Origin: an uncultured virus (IMG/VR IMGVR_UViG_3300046472_000138)
Taxonomy: Duplodnaviria > Heunggongvirae > Uroviricota > Caudoviricetes
DNA: 24,288 bases
Strand: one strand, 5' to 3'
Virus record (IMG/VR): IMGVR_UViG_3300046472_000138
The notes under the pieces are model-generated. The model searched no databases, was not told where the DNA came from, and saw only the letters and a program-made list of their open reading frames with translations. The stretch's first letter is position 1. Each line of letters opens with the position of its first letter. Shown one piece after another: positions 1 through 7,593 of this stretch. The translations under genes and the position numbers were made by a program.

Positions 1-198
1 CAAGACTGCGTGATTTCGGTTGATGTGGGCGGGAACGGCAGCGGATTACCAGGAACGGATAGCAACATAATGCTCTATCTCGGACTCGGACTTGCTGCTT
101 TGTTGCTTCTCAGTTTCGCAGGGGGAAGGGCAAGCAAGAAGACTTCATCAGGATCAAGATTAGTCAGTAGAACAACTACAAGATCATTGTTTGCTTAG
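1..198 (+). CDS. C-terminal part of a membrane-anchored protein (5'-partial)
   Basis: Frame is open from base 1. Gly-rich linker, hydrophobic IMLYLGLGLAALLLLSFAG, then a basic tail. Confidence 0.7.
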   Translation, partial: QDCVISVDVGGNGSGLPGTDSNIMLYLGLGLAALLLLSFAGGRASKKTSSGSRLVSRTTTRSLFA

Positions 199-206
199 GT
201 GGACTT

Positions 207-461
207 ATGCTTAAAGATTGGGTTTCGCCAGGAATGACAAGCGTTCGGCCATGTCAGGGACAGTTCTATCAGCACTCTTCAGGCGCGAATGTATTTTATG
301 ACAACTTCGGCTACTGTACGCCGCAATATGAAGGGATTCCGTATTATGGACCTGTCACTACTACTGTTTCCAGTACATTTGATTGGACAACGATAATCTT
401 GTATGGCGCATTGGCTTTCGGGGCATATTATCTTTGGACGCATAGGAAGACGTTATTTTAA
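207..461 (+). CDS. Small protein with a C-terminal transmembrane helix
   Basis: AGGTGG before the ATG. Thr-rich linker, WTTIILYGALAFGAYYLW, basic tail. Confidence 0.75.
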   Translation: MLKDWVSPGMTSVRPCQGQFYQHSSGANVFYDNFGYCTPQYEGIPYYGPVTTTVSSTFDWTTIILYGALAFGAYYLWTHRKTLF

Positions 462-655
462 TGAAAGAAAGATGGTCTGATTATTGTAGCGACCTATGTG
501 CTTATTGTGATGAGCCGATGAGAGTTTTTGCAGATACCTATGAATTCAATCTTCATTTTGTAGATTGTCCACATTGCTATAAATTAAATCAAAGCGGATT
601 CGTTAATAATCAATTTGTCTGGATAAAAGTAGCGAATGAACCAAGTCAACCCTGA
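461..655 (+). CDS. Small zinc-ribbon protein
   Basis: CAYC and CPHC pairs. TAATG overlap with the upstream gene. Confidence 0.65.
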   Translation: MKERWSDYCSDLCAYCDEPMRVFADTYEFNLHFVDCPHCYKLNQSGFVNNQFVWIKVANEPSQP

Positions 656-926
656 AGTGATTGTCAATTACATGACGGACAAGATTAAGACTCTGAGGAA
701 ACCAGGAACAGTCTTTCCATTAATGCACCTCTCGCAGACATTGAGCCTTCAGCCACAGATAGTCGAACAGATGCTAGAAAGTCTCCAGAATCAAAATAAG
801 GTCCATCGAGTAGGCCGAGAGAATTGGGGTTTAGGTGGGAATCCTTGGGCCGGACAACGAAGGCAGAAGATTTATAATTGCCAGCATTGCGGTAAACCGA
901 ATACCGTGGATATTACGGGGGATTGA
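636..926 (+). CDS. Hypothetical protein, possible winged-helix region plus a CxxC knuckle
   Basis: LMHLSQTLSLQPQIVEQMLESLQNQNKV resembles a wHTH. CQHC near the C-terminus. Overlaps both neighbours. Confidence 0.6.
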   Translation: MNQVNPEVIVNYMTDKIKTLRKPGTVFPLMHLSQTLSLQPQIVEQMLESLQNQNKVHRVGRENWGLGGNPWAGQRRQKIYNCQHCGKPNTVDITGD

Positions 927-1144
927 TGGATATTGTCGTGGATTGTGAATTTAATTCAATTTGCAAAGTCAATGTCTATCATCATGGAGAACAGAACGCA
1001 CTTGAAATCATATTTGAAGAACATTCCGGTATCGCTGGTGACAAGGTAACACTTTTTCTTAATCCAGAAACATTAAATGAAATTAGGCATAGACTACTAA
1101 ATAATGATTTTCATTTTGGAAATGGTTTGACATATGGCCGGTAA
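923..1144 (+). CDS. Hypothetical protein
   Basis: Fills the gap between coupled genes. GGGGG upstream of the start. Confidence 0.6.
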   Translation: MMDIVVDCEFNSICKVNVYHHGEQNALEIIFEEHSGIAGDKVTLFLNPETLNEIRHRLLNNDFHFGNGLTYGR

Positions 1145-2033
1145 ATGGGGCAAGGCTGAAAACAGGGGATGGGGAAAGATGAAGGACAAGGAAGGTCTTT
1201 TTGAAGACCGGCTGAATCAACGGCTTTGCACGGATAAGTATTACACCTATCCATTCTACCCGATCAAACTCTTCCATTCTCAATTGAGAAGAATCTATTC
1301 AGAAGCAACGATGAGGGTAAAAATCTGGAATGGTGATTACCTTGTCTATGCTTGCCGCCGATCCTCTCGCCTGTTGGCCCTTTGGGAAAAGATGGTTGGT
1401 CCTAAGATGGCCTATTGTAACCGAATGCGGGAATTAATCGAGGTTCATTCTATCCTGCCTCCCCATCTCAGTACATTCAATGGCGCGGAAGCAAATCCAA
1501 AACTAGAAGAAGCCATGAAAGGCTATTCTCACTTTCATGGAGCCTCACCGGATAAGATTTCAACCGATTCATATGATTGGCCTCCACCTCTCGAACTAGA
1601 AGACGAGTTTGGTCCTTTTGATCCGCAAGCACCGATTGACCTAATTGGACTCGGAGAATTGCTTGGATTGGGTTATGAGCCGGTTGATTCAGAGCCATTA
1701 GAAAGGGAAGTCATTAAATTCAAGCGGCCTTATCCACTCCTAGCAAGTGATTACATCAATTACCCTGAAGGCGAAGAGGAATTGTTTGTTGTCGGCGGGC
1801 ATTACAAAGAGAAACCGGAAGAGGATTATGTTTGCGGAAATTTGCGATGGGTGACTTATCTCACTGTGAAATCATTCGATGATATGAAGCCGATCGAATA
1901 TACCCATGAATTCAATGAACCTTACCCGCAACTCTGCACCAATAAGAAAGGGACGCAGTATTACATTTTCAGGGGCGACAGTGAATTCTCCATCGGGCGA
2001 GGGCATCCGGTTAGCGCGGGGATTGAGGGATGA
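1134..2033 (+). CDS. Hypothetical protein with an internally duplicated C-terminal domain
   Basis: 299 aa ORF. Repeated FxxPYPxL...G...(L/Y)xxxG motif and an FHG motif. Confidence 0.8.
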   Translation: MAGKWGKAENRGWGKMKDKEGLFEDRLNQRLCTDKYYTYPFYPIKLFHSQLRRIYSEATMRVKIWNGDYLVYACRRSSRLLALWEKMVGPKMAYCNRMRELIEVHSILPPHLSTFNGAEANPKLEEAMKGYSHFHGASPDKISTDSYDWPPPLELEDEFGPFDPQAPIDLIGLGELLGLGYEPVDSEPLEREVIKFKRPYPLLASDYINYPEGEEELFVVGGHYKEKPEEDYVCGNLRWVTYLTVKSFDDMKPIEYTHEFNEPYPQLCTNKKGTQYYIFRGDSEFSIGRGHPVSAGIEG

Positions 2034-2356
2034 TTTTAGAATGGATTCTGTTTATAGTAATTGCACATTTCATTTTCACTATCTTTTCAGGACGAACACT
2101 CAAGCAAAATGAATATCTACTCAACAAAATCATAAGGAGATTAGAAGACATGGTAAGCAAAGCAGATTTAGACAATGCAATTGCAGCACTGACACAGGCC
2201 ATTAGCGACGAAGCGACGAAACTCCAGGCTGCTATTAACGCACTTCAGGCGCAAATCAATGCGGGTGGAGATTTCACGGCAGAAGTACAAGCATTGCAAG
2301 ATGCTCAAACTAGGATCGCAGCATTGCCAACAACGGCGACTCCTCCAACTCCGTAA
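2030..2356 (+). CDS. N-terminal TM plus coiled-coil protein, with a possible internal start at 2150
   Basis: ATGA overlap. Hydrophobic N-terminus, Ala/Gln/Leu heptads, Pro/Thr tail. TAAGGAG at 2133-2139 precedes an in-frame ATG at 2150. Confidence 0.75.
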   Translation: MILEWILFIVIAHFIFTIFSGRTLKQNEYLLNKIIRRLEDMVSKADLDNAIAALTQAISDEATKLQAAINALQAQINAGGDFTAEVQALQDAQTRIAALPTTATPPTP

Positions 2357-2358
2357 AC

Positions 2359-2565
2359 ATGATTCGAGTCGGAGTGCGGCGTACTCACCCAATCGAAGAT
2401 AAATGTGAGGTTACTTTCCAAGCCGACTCGAAAGCATTGATCACTCTTTTAAAAGAATTGCAGGTTGCACAGAAATGGGGATACGCAACAGAAGTCAGTG
2501 CAGTAGATATTTTCGTAGCATTGGCGCAGTTGGACAAGGAATCAAACAAGGTGAGAAAGTGGTAG
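2359..2565 (+). CDS. Hypothetical protein
   Basis: 68 aa ORF starting 2 nt after the upstream stop. Confidence 0.55.
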   Translation: MIRVGVRRTHPIEDKCEVTFQADSKALITLLKELQVAQKWGYATEVSAVDIFVALAQLDKESNKVRKW

Positions 2566-2756
2566 TGAGTAGGCGCATTGATCCCCTTTGCGCCGAGGGT
2601 GGGTTGTGGGCTACTATGATTTCCGAAGGTGAACAATCTACCTGGCTAGGGTCGGCCATGCGGCCTCTGCCGGGACCAAAAGCAAGCAAGGAGTAGCTAA
2701 CTAAAGGGCTCCAGATTGTCACCACATGGATTTATTGTTTGAATTGATTAGGAACT

Positions 2757-2984
2757 ATGATAAAAAGCGTGAACATAGGGGACAACGGAAAAGGACTTAC
2801 GACGATTCATATTGATTGTGATCTTGCACAAACGGGAATCGAGTCAATAGATGTGGTTTGCGAACCAGGCAAGGCGCAACAGGCTCAGGACTTCGTTTTA
2901 AAGATCATGCAGATTATGTCATTGCCTGATAAGGTCACAAGAGCGGCCGGAGGAATAGGAGAATTGTTTAAGGCGAAGAGATGA
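2757..2984 (+). CDS. Hypothetical protein
   Basis: 75 aa ORF with AGGA upstream. Coupled to the next ORF by ATGA. Confidence 0.65.
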   Translation: MIKSVNIGDNGKGLTTIHIDCDLAQTGIESIDVVCEPGKAQQAQDFVLKIMQIMSLPDKVTRAAGGIGELFKAKR

Positions 2985-3127
2985 AAAATTATCCACCTAC
3001 CTATACCGGCCAAATTCAATGCGCTGTCTGTGCAAAGAAAATTAAGTTTTGGATTAAAATAATCGGGATTGAAATATATTGCCAAGATTGCTGTGATTGG
3101 GTAATTGATTTTTTGAAGTCGCACTAA
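2981..3127 (+). CDS. 48 aa zinc-finger-like protein (not in the ORF track)
   Basis: Manual translation MKNYPPTYTGQIQCAVCAKKIKFWIKIIGIEIYCQDCCDWVIDFLKSH has two CxxC motifs. ATGA overlap. Confidence 0.6.
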   Translation: MKNYPPTYTGQIQCAVCAKKIKFWIKIIGIEIYCQDCCDWVIDFLKSH

Positions 3128-3184
3128 CAAAATTTATTCGGTTTATTCCGAGCTGCGCGGCCCGGGATAGCCCAAAAGCAGTAC

Positions 3185-3233
3185 AGAAAAAGCCTCTTTC
3201 CTTGATCAAGGGGGAAGGGGCTTTTTCTATTTT
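3185..3233 (+). terminator. Intrinsic terminator-like hairpin, possibly bidirectional
   Basis: AGAAAAAGCCTCTTTCC...GGGAAGGGGCTTTTTCT inverted repeat with G-U pairs, followed by ATTTT. Confidence 0.75.
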
Positions 3234-3247
3234 GGGAGTAAATAAAT

Positions 3248-4480
3248 ATGTGGCAACCAGTCAGAGTCGTGAATCCGTACAATCCGAGAAGTAGAAAACA
3301 TTTTTGGACATTTGAGGGTAAGCCTGGATACCGACCTAAGCACGTTAGTTATGTAACTGGAAAAAGAGCTCCTGCTTGGTCTTTTGGTCAGAGTCCAGCC
3401 GCAAAATCATTGAGGAGGCATAAAAAGAAACTCAGAAAAAGTGGGAGTCTTTTCAATCCCACTCGTCGTCGCAATCAAGACATTGTGACCGGCGCAATTG
3501 CAAGCAAGATAGCGGATCAGGTGGCAGGAAAACTCGGCGGGATGTTTGGGAAGCCAAGGAAGAAGAAGGCGGCAACAAAGCGCAGACCACGGCGCAATCC
3601 AGCTTTAGCAGTGATCGGACTGAATCCTAGCAAACCTAAAAGGAGAGTCAAAATGGCAACTAGGCGAAGGAGAAAACGAAATCTCCCAAGGCGTAATGCT
3701 AAGGGTCGGTTCGTTAAGAAGGCTTCAACAACACGCAGGCGAAGAAAATCAAATCCAGTTCATCGACGCAGACGAAGACGCGTCGCTAATCCCATTAAGC
3801 ATCGCCGTAGGCGGCATGTCCGAACTACGCGACGGCGCAGACGTACTAATCCGGTTCGGGCAATCCGCAGACGAAGGAGATCACCTGTTATGGCACATCG
3901 AAGACGCAGGCGGAAAGCAAACCCCGTGCGACATCATCGTCGTCGTCGGCGGGCTGCTGCCGCTGTAGTGAATCGGCATCACAGAAGGCGAAGAGCATCA
4001 AATCCACGGAGTTATAGTCGAAGTCGGCGTGGCCGTCGGCGTAATGCAATGCTCGGCGGGACGTTTTCAAGAATCGATTGGAAGTCAGTGCTTTTTGTTA
4101 GTGGCGGGGTCTTCTTGGGAGACAAACTCACCGGCCTTGTCAGTGACAAGATTATGAGCATGACAACCATGATTCCTAGCACAGCAGGGCCGTGGGTTAA
4201 ATTGGCTGTCGGAGTATTGGCGGCTGGCTTGGCCTGGAAATACCAGCCCGCGTTTGGCTTAGGCATAGCAGTCGGAGCAACCAATTCCTTGATGAACCAA
4301 TATGTCTTTGGTCCGGCATGGGGCTATGTTGCACCATCAATCGGGATGTCTGGCTTGGCTGACTACCAGAATCGGGCATTCAAACAAGATAACTGGATCG
4401 GGCAAAGTTCAGGCGGACCAGGGGCAGCGGGAACGATGTCTGGATTCGGGATGAATCCTTTGCTTCAAAATACGCTGTAA
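3248..4480 (+). CDS. Arg-rich, protamine-like putative genome-condensing/core protein with NP motifs and a hydrophobic C-terminal domain
   Basis: GGGAG RBS. Poly-Arg tracts separated by NP. C-terminal hydrophobic segments such as WVKLAVGVLAAGLAW and FGLGIAVGA. Confidence 0.8.
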   Translation: MWQPVRVVNPYNPRSRKHFWTFEGKPGYRPKHVSYVTGKRAPAWSFGQSPAAKSLRRHKKKLRKSGSLFNPTRRRNQDIVTGAIASKIADQVAGKLGGMFGKPRKKKAATKRRPRRNPALAVIGLNPSKPKRRVKMATRRRRKRNLPRRNAKGRFVKKASTTRRRRKSNPVHRRRRRRVANPIKHRRRRHVRTTRRRRRTNPVRAIRRRRRSPVMAHRRRRRKANPVRHHRRRRRAAAAVVNRHHRRRRASNPRSYSRSRRGRRRNAMLGGTFSRIDWKSVLFVSGGVFLGDKLTGLVSDKIMSMTTMIPSTAGPWVKLAVGVLAAGLAWKYQPAFGLGIAVGATNSLMNQYVFGPAWGYVAPSIGMSGLADYQNRAFKQDNWIGQSSGGPGAAGTMSGFGMNPLLQNTL

Positions 4481-4492
4481 AAATCCGAGAAG

Positions 4493-4580
4493 GAATTATC
4501 AGGGGCTTAAACGGAAGGGATCGAAAGGTTCTCAGCTTTGGGGAGAAGTCCTCTTTGCAAATTTAAGCCTCTGGCAATTC
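4493..4580 (+). promoter_or_regulatory. Structured intergenic RNA element upstream of the putative major capsid gene
   Basis: 4493-4511 pairs with 4562-4580 at 18 of 19 positions (2 G-U). The stem encloses a GAAA-tetraloop hairpin. Confidence 0.6.
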
Positions 4581-4607
4581 TCTCTTTAAAAATGAGAGGA
4601 GATTTAA

Positions 4608-5345
4608 ATGCAAATCATCAGGAAATTCAGAAACATCATTGAAGATGTCTTAGGCGTGCGTTTCAACGCTCGGCTGACAGACCTCGAATACCGAAAACAC
4701 GGGAAACCAATTTCACATTTCGATTCATTGGCCGGGGAAGGGCAAGTCACTTTCCATGACGCAATGGACATGGGCAAGACAAACCCAACCTATACCGGCG
4801 TAGTTGAAGCGATTGACCGGCCTTTGTTCGATACCACGTTTATCGTATCAGGCACAACCACCGGGCAATTGCTTTTCACGGCTCCGCAAGGCACAAACAG
4901 CAAATCACAGCTTGACACTAATCTGACTCAATCCAGGTCTTTGCCTTCGCCTGAGAGTTTCACAATCAAGCGAATTGGCTACCAGATCCAGACAACCTCC
5001 CTGATTGACATGGGGAAGATTCAAAATCTGATCCTTCAGAGTTTCTTTGCGAACCAGAAACTCTACAGCCAGGCTCCATTGGTCTACTACCCTGTAGGCT
5101 TCGGGGTTTACGGTTGCACGACTGAATCAAACATTTCAGCAATCACAAGCGGTATCCCAGGAGAAAATGGGGTTCGTAGCTTAGTCTATGACATTCCTTT
5201 GAATCCTCTCGATCCGTTCTATGCTCAACTCGATGTATACGGCGGCGGCTCATCGGCGGCCCATACCATCTCAACCTTGACTTTGACCACAACCACGACT
5301 CAAATCGTGGTCTATTTGCAGGGTCCGTACCAGAGAGCAATCTAG
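4608..5345 (+). CDS. Putative major capsid protein (single jelly-roll-like)
   Basis: Strong GAGGAG RBS. Beta-strand pattern (PLFDT...TN...LPSPESFTIKRI...VVYLQG). Followed by a stable hairpin, as often seen after highly expressed capsid genes. The fold is inferred. Confidence 0.55.
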   Translation: MQIIRKFRNIIEDVLGVRFNARLTDLEYRKHGKPISHFDSLAGEGQVTFHDAMDMGKTNPTYTGVVEAIDRPLFDTTFIVSGTTTGQLLFTAPQGTNSKSQLDTNLTQSRSLPSPESFTIKRIGYQIQTTSLIDMGKIQNLILQSFFANQKLYSQAPLVYYPVGFGVYGCTTESNISAITSGIPGENGVRSLVYDIPLNPLDPFYAQLDVYGGGSSAAHTISTLTLTTTTTQIVVYLQGPYQRAI

Positions 5346-5369
5346 TTCTTTGGTTGTTTCGTTTTATTT

Positions 5370-5397
5370 GGGGGAGTTTCGGCTCCCCCTTCATTTC
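5370..5397 (+). terminator. UUCG hairpin with a weak U-tract (leaky terminator or mRNA stabiliser)
   Basis: GGGGGAGT-TTCG-GCTCCCCC followed by TTCATTT. Confidence 0.65.
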
Positions 5398-5420
5398 ACG
5401 TTTTCATTTGAGGTGTAACC

Positions 5421-5834
5421 GTGTTAGCAAACGATCTTGTAGGTCAAAAAGGTTTATTCAACTTCGTCGGCACGATCACCTTAGCCGGAAATGCATTCGG
5501 AAACGTGATCATGCAGGTCAATCAAGGGTTGGATTACAAAGTAGTTTGTATCCAGACAGTGCAAACCGGAGTGTGGAAAGTTATCTGGGGAACAAATACG
5601 ATCAATTTCATGGCAAGCGGTCAGCAAAATGCCACGACTCCCCCTTATTGCACTTACACCAATGTGTTTGGAACTGCTATACTTCCGCATCGGTATGTTG
5701 GTCCTGGATATGACTATGCACCAATCTTCCCGCGTGGATCAAACATGGTTTTCAATTGTCAGGATACAAGCGGCTCTACCAATACGATTGAGATTGTAGT
5801 TGAAGGCATTTACGATAACTGGCTAGGTCAATAA
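5421..5834 (+). CDS. Putative small jelly-roll capsid protein
   Basis: GAGGTG RBS with a GTG start. All-beta pattern ending IEIVVEG. Confidence 0.55.
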   Translation: MLANDLVGQKGLFNFVGTITLAGNAFGNVIMQVNQGLDYKVVCIQTVQTGVWKVIWGTNTINFMASGQQNATTPPYCTYTNVFGTAILPHRYVGPGYDYAPIFPRGSNMVFNCQDTSGSTNTIEIVVEGIYDNWLGQ

Positions 5835-5836
5835 TT

Positions 5837-6928
5837 ATGATCGGTGCAGATAGAGCAGCGCGGGGGATTACTTCTCTTCAATCCTCGCATATTTTTCATA
5901 TCCCATTCAATTTTGCCACTATCACGACAGGGACAGAGCAGACCTTTCGCGTGGCTGTCAATCAAGGGGATATGCTTGTCTTTGGTTTAGCTATCTGGGA
6001 TTCAGATTCCACGACTCAACAACTCGGCGCACAGAATACGAGCCAGTATTGGGTGAAGATTACCAATCGAGAATACAATCAAAGCCTGATGTCCACTTGG
6101 GTTGCTGGTCTTGGGATTCTTGAGACAGACGCACAGAGCGGAGGATTTCGGTTTCCTTCACCTTGGTTTGTCAGGAATGGAACATATCTTGATGTAACCG
6201 TGAGATGTCCAGGCCAAAACGAGTTAAAGAATACTTCTGCGACTTATACGATTACTGCGCTAGAAATCGTTTTACTCGCCCAAGTCTTCCCGCGAGGCTA
6301 TGAAAAGGAATTCGGCAGGAAAGCACCAATCAAGCAGCCATTCTTTCTCTCCTACATGGCTCCAATCGGTTTCCAGGCCGATTCGACTTCAGGGAATAAT
6401 ATTGTCACTACGACAGGCTCACAGCAATTGTATCCAGCCTTTCAAGCCTCTTGGCCTCCGCTGATGTGGGATTTTGAATTGACAAGCATTTCGATGGATT
6501 CATCAACTCTTCAGACAACGAATCCGGCAGGGTCAGGGACAGGCTACCCGGCCAACCTGCATATGCTTCAGGTGATCGAACGAAAATCAAAAAGAATGGC
6601 TTTCCGTGGTCCTTGCACTCAAGCCAATGTTGCAGGGAGCCGGATACAAGATGCCTGTGATGCTTATGCCTTGAGTGCTGTTCCAACTGGACTCAACCCA
6701 ACGGATGCCTACACGCACAATTTGGCCGTTCCGTTCTATTGTAAGAAGGGCAGTCAATTAACAGCCAAGGCAAGTTTCAATTGGGTTTATATCAATGATG
6801 CTGGAATCAGCTTTCAACCATCGAATGTGAATCAAGTAGTGAATGTAGTCTTAATGGGGAACAAGTTCGAGAATCCCGATCGGTTTCCAGGGACAGGCCC
6901 ATTTAGTCAACCTCCGACTTATGCTTAG
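5837..6928 (+). CDS. Putative capsid/vertex protein with two tandem jelly-roll-like domains
   Basis: The two halves share motifs: PWFVRNGTYLDV...LEIVLLA and PFYCKKGSQLTA...VNVVLMG. Confidence 0.5.
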   Translation: MIGADRAARGITSLQSSHIFHIPFNFATITTGTEQTFRVAVNQGDMLVFGLAIWDSDSTTQQLGAQNTSQYWVKITNREYNQSLMSTWVAGLGILETDAQSGGFRFPSPWFVRNGTYLDVTVRCPGQNELKNTSATYTITALEIVLLAQVFPRGYEKEFGRKAPIKQPFFLSYMAPIGFQADSTSGNNIVTTTGSQQLYPAFQASWPPLMWDFELTSISMDSSTLQTTNPAGSGTGYPANLHMLQVIERKSKRMAFRGPCTQANVAGSRIQDACDAYALSAVPTGLNPTDAYTHNLAVPFYCKKGSQLTAKASFNWVYINDAGISFQPSNVNQVVNVVLMGNKFENPDRFPGTGPFSQPPTYA

Positions 6929-7592
6929 ACAAGATACACAAGCAGTAGCCTCAGACAGAGAAATGATTGCAATGCCGCTTGACTCGATCATTCAGGCGAT
7001 TCAAGGCGTGAACAATTTTCTCTGCTGTGTAAGGACTCCAAACCTCGTTGAGAATGCGATTCCTTACAATGCAATGCCGTTTTGGTTTTCAGGGGAGCTG
7101 TTTCAATTTAGTACCCATTTTACAATCTTTCCGGTCTTCAATGTTCCGTTCGGCCAAACCGCAGTCATTACAGGAATTGGTTTAGGAGAGCATCAACCTG
7201 GACTCGCAGCAGGATTCCGAGTTTCGTTGTTAATCAATAGTGAAACTACTCCGGCCTTCCCACGTATTTCTGGCTTGCTTGGGCTTGGAACAGGGATGCC
7301 ACTTCAGACCTGGATTCCGGTCCCTGAATCGGCTCAAGTTGCTCTTGCGCTCGATTGCCCTTGGATCATCAACACCTTCGCTGAAACGCCTTTAGAATTC
7401 GGGGTGCAATGGTCCTTGAGAGGCTACTATATGGACAAAGAGTTTTTCGTTCCAAGTTATGATAATTCTGCTGTACCTCAAGGGATGACTCCAGGGACGG
7501 ACAGTTACCCGAATATCAATTACCTAACTTACCAGATCCCTGAAGCAGACACAGCAACTACAACGCCTGACAATTTGATGCCAACAACTTAA
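6921..7592 (+). CDS. Putative jelly-roll minor capsid/penton-like protein
   Basis: Beta-rich core (VPFGQTAVITGIG...WIPVPESAQVAL...WSLRGYY) with a Thr/Pro tail. Confidence 0.5.
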   Translation: MLRQDTQAVASDREMIAMPLDSIIQAIQGVNNFLCCVRTPNLVENAIPYNAMPFWFSGELFQFSTHFTIFPVFNVPFGQTAVITGIGLGEHQPGLAAGFRVSLLINSETTPAFPRISGLLGLGTGMPLQTWIPVPESAQVALALDCPWIINTFAETPLEFGVQWSLRGYYMDKEFFVPSYDNSAVPQGMTPGTDSYPNINYLTYQIPEADTATTTPDNLMPTT

Positions 7593-7593
7593 T

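Noticed and set aside
2628..2724. tRNA (GGTGA...TCACCA ends)
   Set aside because: No TTC-containing T-loop or recognisable D and anticodon arms, and no CCA after a discriminator base.
3696..4379. Alternative-frame and antisense ORFs within the Arg-rich gene
   Set aside because: Shadow ORFs expected from low-complexity, stop-poor Arg codon runs.
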